Below are positions 37,320-44,355 of a stretch of DNA of 64,000 bases, one piece after another. The stretch is taken from IMG/VR virus record IMGVR_UViG_3300023174_000039, positions 267,655 through 331,654 of that record. One strand, given 5' to 3'. A program made the position numbers and the translations under genes. Position 1 is the stretch's first letter, and each line of letters begins with the position of its first letter. The notes beneath the pieces are model-generated. The model saw nothing but the letters and a program-made list of their open reading frames with translations, did not search any database and had not been told where the DNA came from.

Positions 37320-38026
37320 GATTTCAAGACACACGTTTCTGGAAAAATTACAGTGAGTACACTCGTATTACACTGAACTCGTCTATGCGATCAACCGTTG
37401 ATGCTGTAATTTACTGGCGGTTGTTAAATTATTTTAAGTTTAATAAGTTTTTAGAAATTGGGGTATATCAAGGATTAACTACTGGATTGATATTTGACAC
37501 AACACCTACTGCTCATGTGACTGCAATTGATCCAACAGATCGGTTGGCATTATTTTATAAAAATTATCCAGAATACCAATCACAGTTTACTTTTATTAAC
37601 CAACCAAGTCAAAAAGTTGAGTTAGGTGACACCATGTATGATTTTATTCTAGTCGATGGCGACCATTCCTACGAGATAGTGGTAGATGATATTTTAAAAT
37701 GTTTACCAAGGCTGGACACTAGTGGGGTGTTAGCAATTGACGATTACAAACTGCCGGGGGTTGCAAAAGCAATAGAATACCTGTATAATTTAAAAACTGA
37801 CTGGGTTCCATTTTTACGATCTGAACAAACTGAATTTTGGCATCATTGCAGGTGTGATCGTGGTGACTTTTTAGATTCCTTGTTCACTGATTCAATTAGT
37901 AAATTTATTTTTATTAGAAACACAGTTGACCAATATAACAATACCATATGCTCTGCAACCACACTAGGCATATTTACTGATCAAACTGAATACTTTGATA
38001 TGGCCTTACAGCACTATAACATATGA
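37316..38026 (+). CDS. Class I SAM-dependent methyltransferase (Methyltransf_24-like)
   Basis: FLEIGVYQG motif I, VTAID, DFILVDGDHSY, LAIDDY. Confidence 0.85.
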   Translation: MRFQDTRFWKNYSEYTRITLNSSMRSTVDAVIYWRLLNYFKFNKFLEIGVYQGLTTGLIFDTTPTAHVTAIDPTDRLALFYKNYPEYQSQFTFINQPSQKVELGDTMYDFILVDGDHSYEIVVDDILKCLPRLDTSGVLAIDDYKLPGVAKAIEYLYNLKTDWVPFLRSEQTEFWHHCRCDRGDFLDSLFTDSISKFIFIRNTVDQYNNTICSATTLGIFTDQTEYFDMALQHYNI

Positions 38027-40104
38027 TCCAAATTAAAAACTTGACTGTTAAAAACTTCATGAGTGTGGGCAATGCCACACAAGGTATTGACTTTGACCGT
38101 AACGACCTTACACTTGTGCTGGGCGAAAACTTGGATCTAGGCGGTGACGGATCACGCAATGGCACAGGCAAGACCACTATCATTAATGCGTTGAGTTATG
38201 CTTTGTATGGACAAGCACTATCAAACATTCGCAAAGATAATCTTGTGAACAAAACCAACGGCAAGAATATGTTGGTTAGTCTAGACTTTGTTGTGAACGG
38301 GCAAGAATACAAGATCGAACGTGGGCGCAAACCCAATGTGTTGCGGTTTTATGTCAACAATCAAGCGCAGGTATCTACAGACGAAGCGCAAGGCGATAGT
38401 CGAGAAACACAAGATGCAATTGAACGGATTATGAATATGAGTCATGACATGTTCAAACATGTGCTGGCGCTAAACACTTACACCGAACCGTTCTTGAGTT
38501 TAAAAGCCAATGACCAGCGCAACATAATCGAGCAGTTGTTGGGTATCACTTTGCTGAGTGAACGTGCAGATGCCATCAAAGAACTTAATCGACAGACCAA
38601 AGATGGCATCAGTCAAGAAGAATTTCGTATTCGTGCTGTGCAAGAAGCCAACAAACGCATCGAAGAACAGATTGAAAGTTTGAAACGCAGACAAGTACTC
38701 TGGCAGAAGAAGTACGATAGTGATGTAGCATATCTCGTGGCACAATATGATGATCTAGACAAGATTGATATTGAAGTAGAATTACTAGCTCACAAAGATC
38801 TGGCCTTGTGGACCACAAGAAAACAACAACAAGATGCGTATACTGCACTTGTTGGTCGCCAAACTGCTTGGAAGCAAAAACAACAAAAAGATATCAGTGA
38901 GTTGGAATCAGGTTACAACAATCTCAGTCACATTGACATTACTGCAGAACTACAAGCACATGCGGACTTGGCTGCTCACACACAACAAGCCAAGGACATT
39001 GCTGACCTTGAAAAACTCATTGCTAGATGTGTTACCGACGAGGCAAAAGAACAGAAAACAATTGATAAGCTCAAAACCGAAATTGATGAATTAAAAAATC
39101 ACAAGTGTTATGCTTGTGGGCAAGACTTTCACGACGCCAATCATGAAACAGTGCTAGCAACAAAAGAAAAGGCTCTACAAGAAGCCGCACTGCAAGCATT
39201 GAGTACCAATGGTCAGTGGATAGAAAATACAGATGCATTGGCTGCATTAGGTGTGCTAGGTACCAAACCCACCACACACTACCGTACAGAAACAGAAGCA
39301 ATTCGACATTCAAGTGAACTAGAAAATATTCAACACAAGATTGATGCCAAACGTGCAGAAACAGATCCCTATGCTGAACAACTAGCAGAACATGCCCTTG
39401 TAGAAGTCGGCACACAACCTGTTACACATTACGACACAGAGGCTCAAGCTGTTGAGCACCGCAGTCGTATGAACACATTGCTGACACAGATTGCTACCAA
39501 AGGTGAAGAGAAGGATCCTTACACAGAACAGATTGTTGAAATGCAACAACAAGCATTGCAGACTGTGAGTTACGATACACTCAACGATCTTACCAGATTG
39601 CAAGATCATCAAGACTTCTTGCTCAAACTATTGACATCAAAAGATTCATTTGTGCGCAAGAAAATTATTGATCAGAACTTGAGTTACCTGAACGCACGAC
39701 TCACACACTATCTAGATCGCATTGGATTGCCACACACTGTGAAGTTCCAGAACGATCTAAGTGTAAGCATTGAAGAACTGGGTCGTGAACTAGATTTTGA
39801 TAACTTATCACGTGGTGAACGCAATCGATTAATCTTGAGTATGTCATGGGCCTTCCGTGACGTATGGGAAAGTCTGTACTCACCAATCAACTTGTTGTTT
39901 ATTGACGAGTTAATTGACAACGGTCTAGACACACAAGGCGTAGAAAATGCCCTGGCTTTGCTGAAGAAGATGAGTCGCGAACGCCACAAGAGTATCTGGC
40001 TTGTAAGCCATAGAGACGAGCTTGCAGGGCGTGTGGAAAACATTCTCAAAGTTGTAAAAGAGAATGGCTTTACCAGCTACAACACCGACATAGAACTGGC
40101 ATAA
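38023..40104 (+). CDS. gp46: Recombination ATPase gp46 (Rad50/SbcC)
   Basis: Walker A NGTGKTT, zinc hook CYAC, signature LSRGE, Walker B LFIDE, VSH. Confidence 0.95.
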   Translation: MIQIKNLTVKNFMSVGNATQGIDFDRNDLTLVLGENLDLGGDGSRNGTGKTTIINALSYALYGQALSNIRKDNLVNKTNGKNMLVSLDFVVNGQEYKIERGRKPNVLRFYVNNQAQVSTDEAQGDSRETQDAIERIMNMSHDMFKHVLALNTYTEPFLSLKANDQRNIIEQLLGITLLSERADAIKELNRQTKDGISQEEFRIRAVQEANKRIEEQIESLKRRQVLWQKKYDSDVAYLVAQYDDLDKIDIEVELLAHKDLALWTTRKQQQDAYTALVGRQTAWKQKQQKDISELESGYNNLSHIDITAELQAHADLAAHTQQAKDIADLEKLIARCVTDEAKEQKTIDKLKTEIDELKNHKCYACGQDFHDANHETVLATKEKALQEAALQALSTNGQWIENTDALAALGVLGTKPTTHYRTETEAIRHSSELENIQHKIDAKRAETDPYAEQLAEHALVEVGTQPVTHYDTEAQAVEHRSRMNTLLTQIATKGEEKDPYTEQIVEMQQQALQTVSYDTLNDLTRLQDHQDFLLKLLTSKDSFVRKKIIDQNLSYLNARLTHYLDRIGLPHTVKFQNDLSVSIEELGRELDFDNLSRGERNRLILSMSWAFRDVWESLYSPINLLFIDELIDNGLDTQGVENALALLKKMSRERHKSIWLVSHRDELAGRVENILKVVKENGFTSYNTDIELA

Positions 40105-41114
40105 TGTTAGCTACTTGGCACTTTCACATTGAGATCTCCAGCAAGTGTACCTTGCAGTGTCCTCGTTGTGCTCGTCAAGAAGTACCCAACAGTCTTGTGA
40201 ATACAGAACTAGACCTAGAATTTTTTAAACGTAATTTTACTCCAGAGTTTATCAAAAACAATGTAGAGAAGATTACGTTTTGTGGCGACGATGGTGATCC
40301 TATATATGCACATGATCTAATTCCTGTTATAGAATATATCAAAAGCGTCAAACCTGTTGAGTTTGTGATTGTCACCAATGGATCGCATAAAAAAACTGCA
40401 TGGTGGACAGAACTAGGCCAATCTCTAGATTCCAGCGACAGTGTGCATTTTAGTGTAGACGGATATGACAATGACAGCAATAACCTGTATCGTGTCAACA
40501 GTGATTATGATAGTGTTGTTGATGGCATAAAAACTTTGCGAGCATCAAGCGATTGCAAGATTGTGTGGGCCGCTATTGCTTTCAAATTCAACGAAGAACA
40601 ATTAGACTCCATGAAAGAGTTTGCACAATCTATAGGTGTTGACCGGTTCCAGTTAACCAAGAGTACCAAATTTGGCAGTGTGTATCCTTCATATGGCATA
40701 AACGATCCATTGCAACCCAGTGTAAAATACATTAGCAGTACTCACCGATTTGAACGTGAGGCAACGGTGTTTACAGATACAGGATCCCAAGACTCTGTAT
40801 CCCAGACAAACATACAATTATTCAAACAAACAACAAGTCGCAATGGTATTACTCCATTGTGCATGATAGGCAACAAAGGACTGTACATTGATGCCCGCGG
40901 CAGGTTATTTCCCTGCTGTTGGGTAGCTAACCGATACAATCACAATTCAGACTGGCAACAACAGGCAACAAACTTTGATTTACACAACAAAACATTAATC
41001 AATGTACTTGCAGATACATTTTGGTCTACAGAATTTCAAACATTCAAGTGGCAAGAATGCCAAAGCAAGTGCAAAACTTCAGTAGTAGACGAGAAATACG
41101 CAACTTCTTGGTAA
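40104..41114 (+). CDS. Radical SAM protein with C-terminal Twitch/SPASM-like cysteines
   Basis: CTLQCPRC, TFCGDDGDP, VTNG, C-terminal LC...FPCC...C...C. Confidence 0.88.
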   Translation: MLATWHFHIEISSKCTLQCPRCARQEVPNSLVNTELDLEFFKRNFTPEFIKNNVEKITFCGDDGDPIYAHDLIPVIEYIKSVKPVEFVIVTNGSHKKTAWWTELGQSLDSSDSVHFSVDGYDNDSNNLYRVNSDYDSVVDGIKTLRASSDCKIVWAAIAFKFNEEQLDSMKEFAQSIGVDRFQLTKSTKFGSVYPSYGINDPLQPSVKYISSTHRFEREATVFTDTGSQDSVSQTNIQLFKQTTSRNGITPLCMIGNKGLYIDARGRLFPCCWVANRYNHNSDWQQQATNFDLHNKTLINVLADTFWSTEFQTFKWQECQSKCKTSVVDEKYATSW

Positions 41115-41154
41115 CGGAGATAACTATACAGCAAGGATAAATCGCATACAACAC

Positions 41155-41583
41155 ATGACATGGCTATATCAAGATACCCCAATTGAGATGTTGCCCGATG
41201 AGTGTGTTGGATTTGTTTACTTGATTACAAATAATCTCACTGGACGCAAGTACATAGGCAAAAAATTAGCAAAATTTAGCAAAACAACATACAAGACAGT
41301 TAAGCAAAAGAATGGCATCAAGAAGAAGAAAAAGATACGATCAAAGGTCGACTCAGACTGGAGAGAGTACTATGGGTCAAGCCCAGAATTAACTTCAGAC
41401 GTAATCAAACTAGGCACCGAAAACTTTACCAGAGAAATACTTTTTTATTGCAACTCTAAATCGGAATGTAGTTACATTGAAGCAAGAGAACAATTTGCAA
41501 GAAGAGTATTAGAATCACAAGATTATTACAATGGCCACATACAAGTGCGTGTGCATGGCAGTCATATTATAGGCAAATTATGA
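41155..41583 (+). CDS. Compact GIY-YIG family nuclease
   Basis: GFVYLITNNLTGRKYIGKK, YYGSS, YIEAREQ, YYN; 142 aa with no appended DNA-binding domain. Confidence 0.85.
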   Translation: MTWLYQDTPIEMLPDECVGFVYLITNNLTGRKYIGKKLAKFSKTTYKTVKQKNGIKKKKKIRSKVDSDWREYYGSSPELTSDVIKLGTENFTREILFYCNSKSECSYIEAREQFARRVLESQDYYNGHIQVRVHGSHIIGKL

Positions 41584-41849
41584 CCAAACTTGATTGGAAC
41601 CGACAACCTTGGATCAGTACAATGAACTCAGAGTACTGGACAAATCCAAAGACCGGGTTTGACAAGGCTTGGCACGAGCAACAAAAACACAAAAAAGCAC
41701 AGACAGAGAAAGAAAAGCAGTTTTTAGGCATACATGCAACACACGAGTTAGATCGCATTCAGCTAGAGTACGGTCCTCATGCAGGCAAACTTATTTGTAA
41801 AACTTGTAAAAATAAATTTCTAAAGTGGCTTCCAAAGGAAGCATTTTAA
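41580..41849 (+). CDS. Small hypothetical protein with CxxC
   Basis: 89 aa; GPHAGKLICKTC; ATGA overlap with the GIY-YIG gene. Confidence 0.65.
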   Translation: MTKLDWNRQPWISTMNSEYWTNPKTGFDKAWHEQQKHKKAQTEKEKQFLGIHATHELDRIQLEYGPHAGKLICKTCKNKFLKWLPKEAF

Positions 41850-41850
41850 T

Positions 41851-42225
41851 CTAACACTGAAGGTTAGCGGGCCAGTTTGTAATACCGCTGTGGAAAAACC
41901 GGGGAATAACCGGACACGTAACATATTGAAGCACTCCCGTCAGTAGATCTGACTATCCTGAAAAATTGGAAGTGAGTCTGAGAGCAGAACCCTACGCTCA
42001 ACGCTTTGATATAGTATGAATGTTAGCATACGAGAACACCGGCTATAAAAACTTAAACACTAGGAACGAGGTTTAAGGTAGCAAGAGATTGCAATGTCGA
42101 CGTAGGTTGGGAAAGGTCAGAGCCCAGTAGCACACGGTGTATAAAAATACCTACTTCCAATGTCGTGGCTGTGACAACTCACATGAAGACAAAAACGGAA
42201 CCGCGCAAAACGGTTCCGTCTGACT
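41851..42225 (+). ncRNA. Candidate large structured non-coding RNA (unassigned)
   Basis: No ORF in the track; many stems read by eye (see findings), GAGA tetraloop hairpin, long-range attggaa/ttccaat complementarity. Strand inferred from upstream genes and the GNRA loop. Confidence 0.55.
42195..42219. terminator. 9-bp hairpin, possible terminator between convergent operons
   Basis: acggaaccg-cgcaaaa-cggttccgt. Confidence 0.4.
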
Positions 42226-42316
42226 AAAACAATCTACATGAATACTTAATCGCTTCGCTCTTGAATTAAAAAAACATTGACGAGCAAAGCGAGTCAATAG
42301 AACTTCGTAGAAGTTC

Positions 42317-42877
42317 TTAAACAGTTACTCCAAGTTCAAGTAGTTTAGCAATAAAGAACTTTTCTCCATTGGATACAGATTGTTTCCAAGAGTCATGAGC
42401 TTGATCATCTGCTTGATCAGTAATGTATTTGAAGCAACGGAATTTGACCTTGTACCGTAAACATGCCTTGGCAATTGCATATGCCTCCATATCAACTACG
42501 TCTGCAGGTATGTCAAGTTTGGGATTCATCACAAAGTTATCTCCGGTACTGCATGTGAGTCCATTGGTACCTGTGCTCAGTATGATATCATCTTCAAATG
42601 GAGTTTGTCCGTCTGCACATCCCATGGCCTGACACGTGATATCTCTTTGTACAAATTGAGTACATTCATGTAGACCGGGACCAGCAGTAATACCACCTGC
42701 TGTGCCTATATTGATAATGCGATCTGGTTGATAACGTTCGATCACTTGTGCGGCAGTTAATGCCGCATTGACCTTGCCAACCCCGGTATAGAACACATTC
42801 ATCATGTGTCGTAGGTTAGGAGCCTCGCTGGGCAAGGCTATCAAGATCACAGTTTTCATACAAAGGTATCTGGCCAA
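42317..42877 (-). CDS. mtnN: 5'-methylthioadenosine/S-adenosylhomocysteine nucleosidase (PNP/UDP family)
   Basis: ALPSE, TGVGKVNAA, IINIGTAGG, STGDNF, VDMEAYAIAKAC, KYITD. Confidence 0.8.
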   Translation of the reverse strand: MARYLCMKTVILIALPSEAPNLRHMMNVFYTGVGKVNAALTAAQVIERYQPDRIINIGTAGGITAGPGLHECTQFVQRDITCQAMGCADGQTPFEDDIILSTGTNGLTCSTGDNFVMNPKLDIPADVVDMEAYAIAKACLRYKVKFRCFKYITDQADDQAHDSWKQSVSNGEKFFIAKLLELGVTV

Positions 42878-43191
42878 TCACGGAACAATGCGTGTTGAAT
42901 TGTTCCTGACACAAATTGATTGAAACTTTTGTGTTTGACTTCTAGTTCACCTGCAAGAGGTGCAACACGTTTGAATGCCAAGTCCATTTGGCCCATGTCT
43001 TTGAACTCCATCAAGATCATCCATTCTGGCATGTTGGCAATACTTCTAAAGCCCATCTTGCATCTGGTAATGCGATAGTCTTCTAGTTTGCCTTCTGATT
43101 TCAAATGATCAAAGAAACTCTTCATGCCGTTAACCCAGTCCAAGTCTGAGATGTCGCCTTCTTTATCTGCCCAAATTGTGTAAATGTCCAT
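42856..43191 (-). CDS. DUF6614-like small protein
   Basis: MDIYTIW, ITRCKMG, MEFKDMGQMDLAF, HALFRDWPD pattern recalled from that family. Confidence 0.55.
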   Translation of the reverse strand: MDIYTIWADKEGDISDLDWVNGMKSFFDHLKSEGKLEDYRITRCKMGFRSIANMPEWMILMEFKDMGQMDLAFKRVAPLAGELEVKHKSFNQFVSGTIQHALFRDWPDTFV

Positions 43192-43622
43192 TATAGTGGT
43201 CCTAGTATTTCAAAACCTTCAAGGTCCTGTTTATACAGATGTGCCTGATCCAAGTACAGGTACTGGAATCCGCGCTCTCTGTAGATTGCACATTCTGTTT
43301 GTAAGCTCGTAATACCCAACCGTAGTCGGGGCTTGCGATAGTTCCAAGCAAATTGTGCGGCTAATAAATTTTTGTCGTCGTAACGTTTCATTATTGAAAA
43401 CGCTGCCAGTTCGCCGTTGTCTCGGTATCCTATTAGATCCACACCTGGTTCTGTAAATTGGCTGTCAAACAACGGCATCACACTGGCAAAGTGTTTGTAG
43501 GTACAATAGGTTCTGTATATGTCCTGTAGTTCTGCAATATTGGGCTGAGTGATATAAAACCAGTCAACTGTGGGTTTGTATGTTGTTTTTTCCAAATTGA
43601 TTCTAGCAAACTGATAGGTCAT
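43191..43622 (-). CDS. ATE_C-like aminoacyl-tRNA-protein transferase / GNAT-fold protein
   Basis: ELQDIYRTYCTYKH, YRDNGELAAFS, LRLGITSLQTE, RGFQYLYL, YK....FEIL parallel ATE/Bpt C-domain motifs. Confidence 0.6.
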   Translation of the reverse strand: MTYQFARINLEKTTYKPTVDWFYITQPNIAELQDIYRTYCTYKHFASVMPLFDSQFTEPGVDLIGYRDNGELAAFSIMKRYDDKNLLAAQFAWNYRKPRLRLGITSLQTECAIYRERGFQYLYLDQAHLYKQDLEGFEILGPL

Positions 43623-44122
43623 GTTCTTGGGTCTTTTCTATGTTGAAATAAGCCAGTGAGATACTCTTCGGGCCAGGTGTCATAAAATCCTCGCTTGGCC
43701 ATTAACTGTGCTTTTGAATCAAGATCGCTCAGACTTTGTACTAATGCAAGCGCATATGTACCTTGATTCATACAGATTCCGTTGACAATTTCAACATCGT
43801 TGGGATGATCTTCAAGTGTTAACAAATCTGCATTTAACAAAAAATCTCTGTTGGCCTGATCTAAGCTACTTGCAAACAGGTCGTGTGGCCATTCTTTAGG
43901 ATCATATGCATACACAATAACTTCTTTGTCGCCCATGCCATACCGGGCACGATTTTTAAGATCAAAGTAAGGATCAGCACCAATGAACACATCGTAGCTG
44001 TTTTTGAGTCTTGAGCTACGAGCATATGGGCAAGGAGGGAAGTTGCCCAGGGCAGGATGCGGAACTTCTACAAAGTTCACAATCCACTGCTCAATATCTC
44101 GTTTAACTTGATCTATATCCAT
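43619..44122 (-). CDS. DUF1415-like protein
   Basis: QWIVNFV...PPCPYA, EDHP, ALVQ pattern. Confidence 0.45.
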   Translation of the reverse strand: MDIDQVKRDIEQWIVNFVEVPHPALGNFPPCPYARSSRLKNSYDVFIGADPYFDLKNRARYGMGDKEVIVYAYDPKEWPHDLFASSLDQANRDFLLNADLLTLEDHPNDVEIVNGICMNQGTYALALVQSLSDLDSKAQLMAKRGFYDTWPEEYLTGLFQHRKDPRT

Positions 44123-44355
44123 TAGAAGAACGGTAGTTTGCTGTTTTTAGTTGTTTCAAGATTGTCTTTGATTAACTCACTGATCATCTGACGTTCATGA
44201 TGACTCATGTTCATAACATCATCATAACTGGCTCCGCCACGCATGTACCACGACATTTTTAAGCCTTGACGTCTTAGGTCACTGGCCTCCTGGTCCATCC
44301 TGTCTACCATAGCAGAAATCTGCTCAGCTGACGAAATCAGGAGGCGGTTTCGAAA
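44122..44355 (-). CDS. Tail assembly chaperone C-terminal (frameshift) extension
   Basis: Frame stays open well upstream of the track's ATG 44310 (FRNRLLISSAEQISAMVDRMD...SWYMRGG); reachable by a -1 shift at 44352-44358. Confidence 0.65.
   Translation of the reverse strand, partial: FRNRLLISSAEQISAMVDRMDQEASDLRRQGLKMSWYMRGGASYDDVMNMSHHERQMISELIKDNLETTKNSKLPFF

Noticed and set aside
41850-42316. Group I/II intron, tRNA, tmRNA or CRISPR interpretation of the non-coding region
   Set aside because: No interrupted CDS on either side. gactat/atagt resembles P7 but the spacing does not fit a group I core. No cloverleaf or TTC-GA T-arm, and no repeat-spacer periodicity.
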